Of a DNA stretch of 64,000 nt, positions 47,161-58,812 are shown one piece after another (position 1 is the stretch's first letter; the number at the start of each line of letters is the position of its first letter). Made by a program: the position numbers and the translations under genes. Location: contig BLSG01000216.1 in assembly GCA_012862495.1 (NCBI GenBank), positions 585,796 to 649,795 on the forward strand. Direction: 5' to 3'. Source of the DNA: Thraustochytrium aureum (taxonomy: Eukaryota). Under the pieces are notes generated by a model. It was not told where the DNA came from. It was given only the letters and a program-made list of their open reading frames with translations, and searched no databases.

Positions 47161-48129
47161 ATGGGCCACGGGAGCGTGCAGACCGTGGCTGCGCGCCGGA
47201 CCGAGTGCGCCACGCGGAAGCGCAGCGCAATGGCGCAGGCGCGCCCGGAAGGCCTCGCCAAGACAGACAACCTGAACGCGCTGCGAAAGTTTGCGCGCAA
47301 GGCCAACAAGGCCAGCACTTTTCGCCACTACGAGGTGACCTTTGGGTTTGTTCGCGAGGCTCACCGCATTGGCGCACCGCGCGCCTCTATGGCGCTCCAG
47401 TGGCTCGTCAACGCGCAGCTCATGGTGGCTACGCGCGAGAAGAGCGTGACGCGCCTCCACGGCGTAACGTGCCTGGCAGTGTCCCTCAACGTGCCAATCG
47501 ACCTCGTTGCCGTCACAGCGGCCAGCGCGAGGGAAGAGGCGTTGCCGCCCCCCAACGGCGACCATGTCGACAAGTTCCTGCGCGCCCACTTGTGTGCGGC
47601 GGAATCGGTCTCTATTGCCGTGCAGTACCGTGGTGGCGCGCGCAGCGTTGCCGCGAGCCCAGGCTTCCAAGCAGTCTTGGATTCTGCAAGCCGCCTCGCA
47701 CAGACCGAGGGGTTTGTGCACGGCGACAGCGGACTGCAGGGCTGGATGCAGCTCGTGGAAGACAAGGCGGCCGCCGACGCCACGTTTACGCGGCATGCCC
47801 GAGCTTGCTTGGAGGCCTTTGACAGCTTTGACCAGGGCTGCGAGGCCTTCTCTTGGACCTCAGAGTCGCCATCCCGCGTGCGCGTTCGCGGCGTAGGAGG
47901 CGCGGTCTATACTGCCCGCATTGTCTTGCACAGCTGCGTCAGTGATTGCGGGGCTCGCGCCGGCTTTGTCGCGCGCTTTCTCGACCTGGAGCCAGCCAAC
48001 GCGTGCGCGGAGGACGCCGTTGCGCTCGGCCCTTGCGTGGCGGCGCCACCCGCTTTGCCGCAGTTCTTTGCTGTGGAGTCTGGCGCTTGGGCGCGCAGCT
48101 CCCGCTGCGGCGACGCATGCCTCAAGTGA
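47161..48129 (+). CDS. Hypothetical protein
   Basis: 322-aa ORF with globular-looking composition, convergent with the photolyase gene; alternative ATG at 47230. Confidence 0.55.
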   Translation: MGHGSVQTVAARRTECATRKRSAMAQARPEGLAKTDNLNALRKFARKANKASTFRHYEVTFGFVREAHRIGAPRASMALQWLVNAQLMVATREKSVTRLHGVTCLAVSLNVPIDLVAVTAASAREEALPPPNGDHVDKFLRAHLCAAESVSIAVQYRGGARSVAASPGFQAVLDSASRLAQTEGFVHGDSGLQGWMQLVEDKAAADATFTRHARACLEAFDSFDQGCEAFSWTSESPSRVRVRGVGGAVYTARIVLHSCVSDCGARAGFVARFLDLEPANACAEDAVALGPCVAAPPALPQFFAVESGAWARSSRCGDACLK

Positions 48130-48253
48130 CCGGGCTAGTTTGGCCTCGTGGAGATCGACCAAGTGCTGGGCCGCTCCTCCCTCTTGCTGACCTGACTGAA
48201 TGACCGGATTACTGAATGTACCTGTTCGTTTTTTTTGTTTCGTTTCTACCCGC

Positions 48254-49881
48254 TTATTTGGATGGCTTGCTGCGCTTGGTCTCGCGCGGCGGCGAGCAGC
48301 ACTCGGCAGCAGCGACCCGCTTGATATTGGCCAGCTCGCCGCCCTTTTGGTAAGGCTTGTACGCCTCCTGGATCTTGGCCATGTTTTCTTTGCTTGTTGC
48401 GGTGTGGTCCTGCACAATCCTGTTCGGATACTCGGTGCCAATCCGGCACCCGGCTTTCTCCTGCACGTCCTTCGGCGCTGTCCAGGGCTCGTAGATGTAC
48501 TTGGCGGGCATCTTGGCGAGCTCGGGGACGTACTTGCGAATGTAGTCCCCGTTCGGGTCGGTCTTCTTGCCGAACGCGATGGGTGAATAGCATCGAAAGT
48601 ACTGAAAGAAGAAGGCCGAGCAACTCAGCCACATCCAGTTGCAGGCGTTCAAGGACCAGTCCGCGTCGATGAGCAGCTCGTCGAACACTTTTCCCCGCGC
48701 TCCCAGGAAACCCACTGCGCGCAAGTTGGTTTCACGCCCACCGACGTTAGCCTCACCACAACGCTCAGCGGCGCGCACAACGNNNNNNNNNNNNNNNNNN
48801 NNNNNNNNNNNNNNNNNNNNNNNNNNNNNNNNNNNNNNNNNNNNNNNNNNNNNNNNNNNNNNNNNNNNNNNNNNNNNNNNNNNNNNNNNNNNNNNNNNNN
48901 NNNNNNNNNNNNNNNNNNNNNNNNNNNNNNNNNNNNNNNNNNNNNNNNNNNNNNNNNNNNNNNNNNNNNNNNNNNNNNNNNNNNNNNNNNNNNNNNNNNN
49001 NNNNNNNNNNNNNNNNNNNNNNNNNNNNNNNNNNNNNNNNNNNNNNNNNNNNNNNNNNNNNNNNNNNNNNNNNNNNNNNNNNNNNNNNNNNNNNNNNNNN
49101 NNNNNNNNNNNNNNNNNNNNNNNNNNNNNNNNNNNNNNNNNNNNNNNNNNNNNNNNNNNNNNNNNNNNNNNNNNNNNNNNNNNNNNNNNNNNNNNNNNNN
49201 NNNNCGCCTCGCGTTCGCCGCCGGGGAACTTGATCTCGACGCGCTCGCGTCCCAACGACTTGAAAAACTCGTCGTCGGCTGCTTGCGGGAGCGCAAACGA
49301 GGACACGCCGAGAGCTTGGCGAGCGGCTGACAGTGCGCTTTCCATTTCTCCGTCCTCGAAAGGGAGCGTCTCCGGCCCGGGCACGGGCTTGGGCACCGCT
49401 CCAGCGCGCCGAAACAGCTTGTCAAAGTGCTGCATCGTCAACGGCACAGGTGCTTCGCCCAGCACCTCGGCATACCTTTCGGGCGAGTGCAGCCAGTGGC
49501 CATGCTCGCAAACAACCTCTATGCCGTCCTCCTTTGCAAGCTGTTTGACTCGCTCATCGTCTCGCCGGCTGTGGGGCTCCATTTCTTCCTCGTCGTCGAA
49601 CCCAACCACCTTTGCTTGAAGCGCAGCCCACAGTTTTGGCAGGACTGATGCAGGCTCCCCGCGCACAAACAGCAGCCCGCACTTGACGCCGCTCTTCTTG
49701 AGCGCCTCGTCCAGGCTCCGCAGGCTCTGCATCATGAATGTAAACCTTACGTTGCCTACATTCCGCGGATTCCCGTGCCACTTGTCCAGCACAAACACGG
49801 GGACCACCGAGGAGGCCTTGTCTGCGCACGCCCTCAGCGTCGGCTGATCGTGCTCCGCAGTCCTTTCCTGAACCAAACAAT
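48254..49881 (-). CDS. (6-4) photolyase/cryptochrome (CPF1/animal-like class); 5' end in gap, internal gap, an intron and indels
   Basis: IVWFRKGLR.HD, WVSWERG, FDELLIDADWSLNACNWMWLS, DPNGDYIRKYVPEL..YIYEPW. Confidence 0.92.
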
Positions 49882-50767
49882 NNNNNNNNNNNNNNNNNNN
49901 NNNNNNNNNNNNNNNNNNNNNNNNNNNNNNNNNNNNNNNNNNNNNNNNNNNNNNNNNNNNNNNNNNNNNNNNNNNNNNNNNNNNNNNNNNNNNNNNNNNN
50001 NNNNNNNNNNNNNNNNNNNNNNNNNNNNNNNNNNNNNNNNNNNNNNNNNNNNNNNNNNNNNNNNNNNNNNNNNNNNNNNNNNNNNNNNNNNNNNNNNNNN
50101 NNNNNNNNNNNNNNNNNNNNNNNNNNNNNNNNNNNNNNNNNNNNNNNNNNNNNNNNNNNNNNNNNNNNNNNNNNNNNNNNNNNNNNNNNNNNNNNNNNNN
50201 NNNNNNNNNNNNNNNNNNNNNNNNNNNNNNNNNNNNNNNNNNNNNNNNNNNNNNNNNNNNNNNNNNNNNNNNNNNNNNNNNNNNNNNNNNNNNNNNNNNN
50301 NNNNNNNNNNNNNNNNNNNNNNNNNNNNNNNNNNNNNNNNNNNNNNNNNNNNNNNNNNNNNNNNNNNNNNNNNNNNNNNNNNNNNNNNNNNNNNNNNNNN
50401 NNNNNNNNNNNNNNNNNNNNNNNNNNNNNNNNNNNNNNNNNNNNNNNNNNNNNNNNNNNNNNNNNNNNNNNNNNNNNNNNNNNNNNNNNNNNNNNNNNNN
50501 NNNNNNNNNNNNNNNNNNNNNNNNNNNNNNNNNNNNNNNNNNNNNNNNNNNNNNNNNNNNNNNNNNNNNNNNNNNNNNNNNNNNNNNNNNNNNNNNNNNN
50601 NNNNNNNNNNNNNNNNNNNNNNNNNNNNNNNNNNNNNNNNNNNNNNNNNNNNNNNNNNNNNNNNNNNNNNNNNNNNNNNNNNNNNNNNNNNNNNNNNNNN
50701 NNNNNNNNNNNNNNNNNNNNNNNNNNNNNNNNNNNNNNNNNNNNNNNNNNNNNNNNNNNNNNNNNNN

Positions 50768-51553
50768 CTTGCAGCTGGTGGCAACCCCAAAATCCGCACC
50801 TTTGAAACGAGCACCAGCAACCCCAATCCGGTGGCCGAGTTTGAAGGGCACTCGTCCAACGTGACCGCAGTCGGGTTCCAAAAGGATGCCAAATGGCTCT
50901 ATAGTGGCTCAGAAGACGGCTCCATACGAATATTTGACACGCGAAGCGCTGGGGTGCAACGCAAGTACGAAGGCAAGCCAGCGGTGAACAGTGTCGCCCT
51001 CCATCCCAATCAGGCGCAGCTGTTCTCTGCAGACCAGAGCGGCGCGGTGCGCGTCTGGGACCTCATCGCAGACAAATGCATCGCGCAAGCCAAGCCCGAG
51101 TCGGACGAGATCTCGATGCGATCCGTGTCGATCGCAGCGAACGGGACCATGCTTGCCGCCGTCAACAACGTGGGGCACTGCTTCCTATGGCATATGGAGT
51201 CTTCTCAGACCTGCTCGTCATTGGGGCCGATCGACCTCGTGAAGCGCGTCCACGACACCTACTGCCTAAAGTGCCTCATCAGCCCGGACGGCAAGAGCCT
51301 GGCGACCGCCTCTGCGGATCGTACTGTAAAGCTTTGGAACCTGCCGGACCTGTCGCTTGACAAGGTCCTCGCAAAGCACCAGCGGTGGGTCCACGACGTG
51401 GCCTTCTCGGCCGACTCGTCCTACCTCGTCTCAGCTTCGTCAGACAGCAGTGCGCGCCTTTGGGACCTTTCCGACGGTGAGATGATTCGCCACTACACGG
51501 GGCACTCGAAGGCGATCGTGGCGGTCGCGCTCAACGACAGCGCCATCGATTAG
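50768..51553 (+). CDS. LST8: TOR complex subunit LST8 (WD40); 5' end in gap
   Basis: NPNPVAEFEGHSSNVTAVGFQ..WLYSGSEDG, LHPNQ, HQRWV.D.AFSADS.YLVSASSD, GHSKAIVAVALND. Confidence 0.95.
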   Translation, partial: LAAGGNPKIRTFETSTSNPNPVAEFEGHSSNVTAVGFQKDAKWLYSGSEDGSIRIFDTRSAGVQRKYEGKPAVNSVALHPNQAQLFSADQSGAVRVWDLIADKCIAQAKPESDEISMRSVSIAANGTMLAAVNNVGHCFLWHMESSQTCSSLGPIDLVKRVHDTYCLKCLISPDGKSLATASADRTVKLWNLPDLSLDKVLAKHQRWVHDVAFSADSSYLVSASSDSSARLWDLSDGEMIRHYTGHSKAIVAVALNDSAID

Positions 51554-51844
51554 ATTAGAGCGCCCGCCCAGTTGCTGCTGAGCCGCCGCGCCGCGCTTTT
51601 TACTGTTTATCGTCTCTTGCTTGCCTGCCCAAAATGCCCAAAATTCTCATTTCCCCAGTCTCGAGTGGACGGCAAACAACAACAACAGCAACAGCAACAA
51701 ACACCTGCAGCCAATTGCCTGCAACCCAAGGGGATTTCAAACGGGTTGATTTGTTTACGGCCTGCCTCGTCGCGGCACCCGCCTGCCTTCGTCTCGAGCT
51801 CTCCGTGCTCATCCAGTAGTCCAGCAGCGAGGAGCTCGCACTTC

Positions 51845-51872
51845 AGAGCTAGCTTAGAGCTCTACTCTCTCG
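51845..51872. terminator. CTAG/AGCT-rich element between convergent LST8 and AP-1 sigma
   Basis: AGAGCTAGCTTAGAGCTCTACTCTCTCG shares CTCTACTCTCT with the 12.4 kb copy. Function inferred. Confidence 0.35.
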
Positions 51873-51902
51873 ACAAAGAGCCCTCTCTGAGTAGGAGATC
51901 TA

Positions 51903-52446
51903 TTACGCCTTCAGCTTGATGCGGTTCAAGGGGGTCTCGCGTTTCAGGTCCTCCTCCATCAGCTCGTCCTGTGCACCCGCAACACGGAGCACCTCGCGCT
52001 TGCTCGTCTCTTGCAGCTCCCCGCCAATCAGCAGCTCGTCGAGTATGTAGTACGCTTTGTGAAAGTTGAAGATGATGTCCAGCTCACACACATTGCCAAA
52101 GTATCTGTCCAGGATCTCCACAAAGTGATGGATCACCTCCAGGGTGACGAGCTCGTTGTCGTCGTTGTCGATCAACGTGACAAAGTAGAGGCTCGCGTAC
52201 CTGCCCGGCCCCTCGACGCGTCAGCAGCAGCCCGCCCAGCCGCGGCGCCCGTCAACTTGCCCCACTTACCGCTTGTACACGATCTTCTTGCCGCGCCACT
52301 CCAAAAAGTTGCACAGCTTGTGTGGCCTGCTCAGCACCATCGAGCTGATCTCCCGAAGCAGCCGCGACTTTTGCTTCTTCTCATACTCCTTGTAGAACTT
52401 GGTCAGCCTGATCTTGCCTTGCCGGCTCACCAGCAGCATCAGCTCG
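51903..52446 (-). CDS. AP1S: AP-1 adaptor complex sigma subunit, intron 52201-52269; start in gap
   Basis: [62 protein letters not shown]. Confidence 0.95.
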
Positions 52447-53101
52447 NNNNNNNNNNNNNNNNNNNNNNNNNNNNNNNNNNNNNNNNNNNNNNNNNNNNNN
52501 NNNNNNNNNNNNNNNNNNNNNNNNNNNNNNNNNNNNNNNNNNNNNNNNNNNNNNNNNNNNNNNNNNNNNNNNNNNNNNNNNNNNNNNNNNNNNNNNNNNN
52601 NNNNNNNNNNNNNNNNNNNNNNNNNNNNNNNNNNNNNNNNNNNNNNNNNNNNNNNNNNNNNNNNNNNNNNNNNNNNNNNNNNNNNNNNNNNNNNNNNNNN
52701 NNNNNNNNNNNNNNNNNNNNNNNNNNNNNNNNNNNNNNNNNNNNNNNNNNNNNNNNNNNNNNNNNNNNNNNNNNNNNNNNNNNNNNNNNNNNNNNNNNNN
52801 NNNNNNNNNNNNNNNNNNNNNNNNNNNNNNNNNNNNNNNNNNNNNNNNNNNNNNNNNNNNNNNNNNNNNNNNNNNNNNNNNNNNNNNNNNNNNNNNNNNN
52901 NNNNNNNNNNNNNNNNNNNNNNNNNNNNNNNNNNNNNNNNNNNNNNNNNNNNNNNNNNNNNNNNNNNNNNNNNNNNNNNNNNNNNNNNNNNNNNNNNNNN
53001 NNNNNNNNNNNNNNNNNNNNNNNNNNNNNNNNNNNNNNNNNNNNNNNNNNNNNNNNNNNNNNNNNNNNNNNNNNNNNNNNNNNNNNNNNNNNNNNNNNNN
53101 N

Positions 53102-54842
53102 GAGGATGGAGTACGAATAGGCCGGCGAGCAGGGGCGCGCAGAGCAGGGGCGGACTGCGCACCGCCAACCTCCGGACGGCGAACGGGCAGAATGCCGTCA
53201 ATTATGGCGGCGTGGGCCTGAACACGAACGTGTCCGTGGCGGAGCGGCCGGTGACGCAGCACGGAATGGGCGGGATGCGCGTCGGAACAGCAGGGCCCAA
53301 GCGCCAAGTGCAGGACACGTCCTACTACATCTCCATGCTCCGGTCAAAGTGCTCGGAGATCAGCTCGGAGACCGGCCGGCTCAAGAAGGAGGCAGACAAG
53401 TTTCAGGCAGACAACAACAGCTACCTCAAGTACGAGCGGCAGTACGAGGACCTTATCAAGCTGGTACGCAACCTGGAGGGCAAGCTCGCCGACTACAACC
53501 TCGCCATGGACAAGGCCCGCGACAGCACCGACCCGGAGGACGTGCGAGCCTATCAGCAGCAACTCGCGCACCGAAATCAGCAAGAGAAAAAGCACGTGGA
53601 CGCGATCTTTCTCGAGCGGCAACGCTGCGAAGAGGCCGTGCGCCAGTACGAAGAAAAACTCGGCAAGATCCGCCAGATGGAAGAGTACAAGGTGAGCCAG
53701 CTCAGCGAGGAGGAGCGCGCCAGGTACCACTCCCTGGCAGCGGAGAACCAGCACCTCACCACCACGATCTCGGGCAGACGCAAGGAGCTCGACAACATCC
53801 AGCAGCGCGTCAAGCAGGGCGAGCTCGCCCTGCAGAACGACCACCTCCGCGAAGAGCACAGCGTGCTCGCTCGCAAGCTCCAAACGCTCACCCGCGAGCG
53901 CGACAACCTCGAGACGGAGCTCGAGGCAAGCAAACTCGACCCCGCCGAGGCGCGCGCCCGGATGCTCGAAAAGGTCAAGGCGGACAACCAAAAGATCCAA
54001 GACATGCAAAAGCAAATCGACAGCACCAACGACGACACGGATGCAAAGCGGCGCCAGGTCCAAGAGCTGCAAGCCGAACTGAAGACCGCCGCGCTGACCC
54101 GGGCGGCGACTCGCAAAAGTACGAAGTCCTCTTCCAGCGTGACCAAGAGATGACACGGTTTCTCGAGCAGTTTGACGATAACACGCTCAAGGAGCTGCAG
54201 GAACAAAAGCGCGCCCAAAAGATGGTGGTTGGCCTCCTCGAGCACACCTCGCGCCACATTCTGCGCGAAAGCAACCTGCCGGACAGGGAGCAGTTCTCCG
54301 AGATGCAAAACGCCCTCACCTTCAAGAAGAAGCAGCTCGAGAGCTCGGCCTCGACGCAGGAGCAACTCGAGAAGGAGCTCGACAAGCGCAAGGGTGAGCT
54401 CGACAAAATCAACACGCTCGACTCGAAGATCGAGGTCGAGCTAAAGTCACTCACAGCGCGCATCGACGTCATGAAGCAGGAGATGGAGCAGTTTGTCAAG
54501 ATTGACGAGCTCCGCGACGAGGCGGACCGGACGCGCGACGAGCTCGTCACGCTCAAGAAGGAGTACCAAAAGCGCCGGGACGAGATCAAATGTCAGGTCG
54601 GTCTCGTCTCAGCAAAGCACGACAAGCGCAAGAGCATGCTCGCAGATAACGAGACGGCGCGCATGCTTGAAGGCCTCGAGCAGAAACTCCGTCATTACGA
54701 GCAGACAATTTTCCATCTCGAGGAGTTTATCGTGGAGAAAGAGCTCGAGACGGACTTTCAGTCAGAGCGCGAGGAGTGCGGTCGCTTTATTGACGAGCTC
54801 AATGGGCTCCACATCGAGGCCGCCGCCAACCAAGCGTTCTAA
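53102..54842 (+). CDS. IFT74: Intraflagellar transport protein 74; 5' end in gap, frameshift at about 54080
   Basis: ERPVTQHGMGGM..GPKRQVQDTSYY..LRSK, LEGKLADYNLAMDK, YEVLFQRDQEMT.F, long coiled coil. Confidence 0.93.
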
Positions 54843-55068
54843 GCATTTCACCCCCTTTGATAGACTTGGCTTGCTTGCGCTGTTGAGACGGAGCGTGCGA
54901 GCAACAAAGACGGACTTTCAGTCAGAGCGCGAGGAGTGCGGTCGCCTTATTGACGAGCTCAATGGGCTCCACATCGAGGCCGCCGCCAACCAAGCGTTCT
55001 AAGCATTTCACCCCCTTTGATAGACTTGGCTTGCTTGCGCTGTTGAGACGGAGCGTGCGAGCAACAAA
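54748..55068 (+). repeat. 160-bp direct tandem duplication of the IFT74 3' coding end and 3'UTR
   Basis: 54748-54907 is repeated at 54908-55067 with one T/C mismatch (54786 vs 54946). Confidence 0.95.
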
Positions 55069-55370
55069 ACCGCGATTCCCTTTTCTTGTCGAACTCATGA
55101 TGTTGAAAGCCTTGGTCGAGCCCCGTCCTCACCCGAGCGGTGAAGGCTTGCAGCTGACAAGTGGACATGGAATTGTGCGCCTACGAGTTTTTATAAAGTC
55201 TGCCTATCTGGAAAAACTTGGACTTGCCAATCTCCCGCATCATCCGCGAAAAGCAAACTCTGGATCCCTCGGCGCGACTACCAGCTCACGCATTGCCGCT
55301 GCCAGACTCGGTTTTCCATCCCGAGCCTCGATGGAATGCCTCGCACGGAATGGGTACTGTAGGTAGGATT

Positions 55371-55381
55371 CTCTAGCTAGA
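55371..55381. terminator. CTAG element between convergent IFT74 and ERGIC genes
   Basis: CTCTAGCTAGA, 15 bp beyond the ERGIC stop codon. Function inferred. Confidence 0.35.
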
Positions 55382-55396
55382 TGGGGAGCAAACCTG

Positions 55397-56461
55397 CTAC
55401 TCGACCTTTTTCGCAGCCATGGTTCGGTACAAGATGTGGTCTACCAAGCCTCCCGCCGCATACACACCGCCAACGATCGCGCACACACTCGTCAAAAACT
55501 GCAGAACGGACCGCTTCGCCTCGCGCATCTCGATCGAGATTGCAGAAAACTCAAACTTGATGTAAAATCCCGGCACATCCACGTTGGACAGCAGGCCGTA
55601 CTGCGCCATGCCGTCCTCGCCGCTACGCAGCGAAGGCTTGAAGTAATAGGTTGCCGAGTACTGATTTGAGTGCACGGGCGCTCCGCCAAGCGGCACGAAC
55701 GACGTGGGCACAATCTTGACTTGGTATTGATATTGGTACGCCCCGTCCGACTGGTGACCTAGTTGACCTTGGAGCGGGCTGGCAACCCCCGGGACCGGCT
55801 TCCCGAAGGACAGGGCGTTTATGACGTGGCTCGCGTTGAACTCAACCAAGTCTCGCATGGTAAAATCCCGGTCCCCCGCGTCATGCACTTGCCCATGCGT
55901 AGGGGAGACCTCGAGGACCGCCGCGACTTTTGGCAACGAGGCCGCGGCCGAGATCCGGCACCCCGTCTCCCCAAGCGACACCTTGTTGACATGCTTTTCG
56001 AGCTCCTCTATATGGCTTGGGTTCTTCTGGTTCCGGTACAGCAGGTGCACGTCGTCGCACCTGAGCGCGGGAAACGAGACATCGAGCTGCACCTCAATGG
56101 TGGCGTTCACGCGCCTGTCCAGCAGCAGTTTCTCCTGCGCGGCGCCTCAGGTGCCTCGTCAGCTACTGCCGTGCGAAGGCAGCGACGAGCGCGTCAACTC
56201 ACCACAAGTTCAACATCAACGAACGCTGCAAACTCGGCCACAAACAGGTAGGCCATAAACAGATACGCGCACACCGACACTGCCCCACGCCGCCGACGTC
56301 AGTTCGCGCTCAGTCTCCCTCATCCAGGAGCCCGCCCAGCCACCACCGACCGCCCCACGGCGTGGCAGACAGCCGTACGTACCTATCGCGCCAACGCCAG
56401 TGCGCTCGTGCGCGCCAGCAATCGACTTGGAGAACGCGTCCAAGCTCGCAAGGCTCACCAT
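55397..56461 (-). CDS. ERGIC/Erv41-Erv46 family COPII vesicle protein, two introns in the 5' part
   Basis: LDAFSK..RT..GAI, DVSFPALRC, GCRI, FNASHVINALSFG, YQYQVKIVPT, NQYS, PGFY.KFEFSAI, FLTSVCAIVGGVY. Confidence 0.92.
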
Positions 56462-56534
56462 CGCGAGCGCCCGCGCCTCCCCAAACCGCCTCTGCTCCTC
56501 CTCCTCCCACCTGCCACGCGCTACCAAAACGCAA

Positions 56535-56865
56535 CCTATATTTCCCATTTTTCTCTTGATTTCAATTCTTGGTCAATCAAGAAAGAAAGAAAGCCACGCA
56601 TCGCCACACATCCATATCTTGGACGTCAGTACTATATATTGAACGTCAGTACTACAGGACGCAGAAAATCCACACGTTTCGCTATCCACATCTTGAACAT
56701 CAGTACTTGGGATACAGAGCAAGTCTTGACTCTGCAGGCGCTCTTCGAGAGCATCTATCTATACTTGAATTTCAATACGCTACAGCTTTGCACCGACTCT
56801 TGATTTATCAGTAACTCAATACAATGTGCGCGATTGCCTATTATGATATTGAATGTCAAGTGTGG
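56535..56865. repeat. AT-rich island with a degenerate TTGAAYRTCARTACT repeat array
   Basis: Copies at about 56556, 56619, 56639, 56693, 56765, 56800 and 56849; visibly lower GC than the flanks. Confidence 0.7.
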
Positions 56866-57178
56866 CTGGGTGCCAGTCACTCCCTCCATTGACCACGCAG
56901 GTTGCAATTCGGGTTTGGAAGCGGCGCGCAGGAGCAGGCAGGAAGGAAGGCAGGCAGGCAGGAGGCTGGTAGGCTGTCTGGCAGGCTGGCTGGCTCGCCC
57001 GTGGCGTTGCTGGTAGACCTGTTTGACCGCCTGGCTGCCTTTTGGTGCCTCGGCGTTGGGCTCGGCGCGCATCGCGCTGTCTGTTCGAAGCACGCAAAGG
57101 CAGAATCAGGTGTCGTGCAACAGCACCGCTGTAGAGGACGCGAGTCAGGCGCCGGGCGAGCGTGGAGACGCGAGAAGG

Positions 57179-58796
57179 ATGTACAGGGATGCGTCCAGGG
57201 TGGTGGAGCAGCTGTTGAAACAGGAGCAACGACACGTGAAAGGGCAAAAGCGGAATAGACAGGGCGAGCCAGGCGCGCAAGGCCTCAAAGCGCTCGCGCT
57301 CGCTGACGGTGTAAAGAACAAGAGCAAGACCTATGCGGTCGTCTGCGAGACGCTCAAGTTTAAGGACTCAATCGACCAGGTCATTGCCCATGCCAAGGTA
57401 AGCAGGGGCTCGCTGGCCAAGAACGAGGGCTTGCTCTACGTGATGTTGTACGACCACCTGTTTGGCAAAGGTATCAAAGGCGGCGGCGCTGTGAAGCGGG
57501 CGATCCTGGCCAAGGACAAAGAACTTCGCGCCGCGCTAAAGCACGTCATGAAGAAGCGAGGGGCCTCGCTCACCGAGGACCTGCTCCCAGACCACGTCCG
57601 CAACGCGCCGGCGTTGCCACGGTTCGCGCGAGTCAACATGCTAAAGTCGACCACCAAGCGCGTGATTGGCTCACTAGACCCCGAGCTGTCTGCCTCAGTC
57701 AAGCGCGACTCGCACATCTCTTATCTCCTGCGGTTCCCACCCAAAACGGACCTGCACGCACACCCACTCGTACAGGAGGGGGCGCTCATACTTCAGGACA
57801 AGAGCAGCTGCCTCCCGGCGCACGTGCTTGCACAAGCCCTCGAGCGCCACCGAGTCAAGCCGAGCAAAACGGATGCGATCGATGCTACGGCGGCGCCCGG
57901 GAACAAGACGAGCCAGCTCGCTGCGCTCGGGATTCGTCGCGTCCTGGCCTTTGACAAGGACGAGCGCCGCCTGGCTATTCTGGAGCGCCGCATGAAGGAG
58001 GCAGGCGCCTTGGCCGGCCACGGTGGCGCCGTGACTCCCGCGTGCCGGGACTTTTTGCAAGTGAGCCCCGATGAGGCCGACCTCGAGCGCGTTCGCGTCA
58101 TTCTCCTCGACCCGAGCTGCTCGGGGTCCGGCATGGTGGGCCGCGTCGATCACCTTGTGCAGGGCTCGGAGGCTCCGGCCAAGCGCCGCAAGCAAGCCGG
58201 CGGCGAGCCGGCCGCTGACGGTCCCTCTAGCGGCGACCGCCTCGAGCGGCTTGCGCGGTTCCAGCTCGAGTGCCTCAACCACGCCCCTCTCTTTCCCCCA
58301 AGTCGACTTTGTTTCCTACTCAACCTGCTCTGTGCATGCGGTGGAGAACGAGCGCGTGGTCGCCGAGGCGCTCGCGAGCCACCCAGAGTTTACCCTGGAG
58401 GACGCGCTGCAAAGCTGGAAGCGTCGTGGTGTCGAGAACGAGGGCCTCGCGCCGGAACTGGCGCGCCTGGTTCTCCGCGCGGATCCGGTGCTCGACGATA
58501 CGGGCGGCTTCTTCGTCGCGCTCTTCGTGCGGCGCTCGCGCGTGCAAGCAACGACCGAAGCTGCCCAGCCCACCGCGTCGGAGAGTGGTGATGTGGACGA
58601 GGCCACGGCGCGCCGCAGAGCCAAGCTGCGCGAGCGGCGCAAGCGGCGCAAGTGCCGTCAGGTGGATGCCGCCAGCGCCTCTGCGGAGGGAGTTGGCTCC
58701 ATCGCGACAAACAGCAACGACGCCGCCGACGGAGACGACGAGGCCGGTGGGGACGGCGTCACGGCCAAAGCCACGGCGGTCTCTAGCTCGAGCTAG
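57179..58796 (+). CDS. NSUN5: 28S rRNA m5C methyltransferase NSUN5/Rcm1; frameshift at about 58285
   Basis: LPRFARVN, LILQDKSSCLPA, DATAAPGNKT, LLDPSCSGSG, YSTCSVH..ENE.VV, GFFVALF. Confidence 0.93.
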
Positions 58797-58812
58797 CTCG
58801 AGCGAGAGAGCT
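58781..58812. terminator. CTAG/AGCT element overlapping the NSUN5 stop codon
   Basis: CTCTAGCTCGAGCTAGCTCGAGCGAGAGAGCT. Function inferred. Confidence 0.35.

Noticed and set aside
51672..51700. (CAA/CAG)n tract as a poly-Gln ORF
   Set aside because: It is a simple microsatellite in the LST8/AP1S convergent intergenic region.
17337..54153. Long ORF-track entries running through N gaps (for example 48254-50881, 49775-51553, 52399-54153)
   Set aside because: They are artefacts of translating N as X and join unrelated divergent genes.
56610..56865. CRISPR array
   Set aside because: The repeats are few, degenerate and irregularly spaced, there are no cas genes, and the context is eukaryotic.
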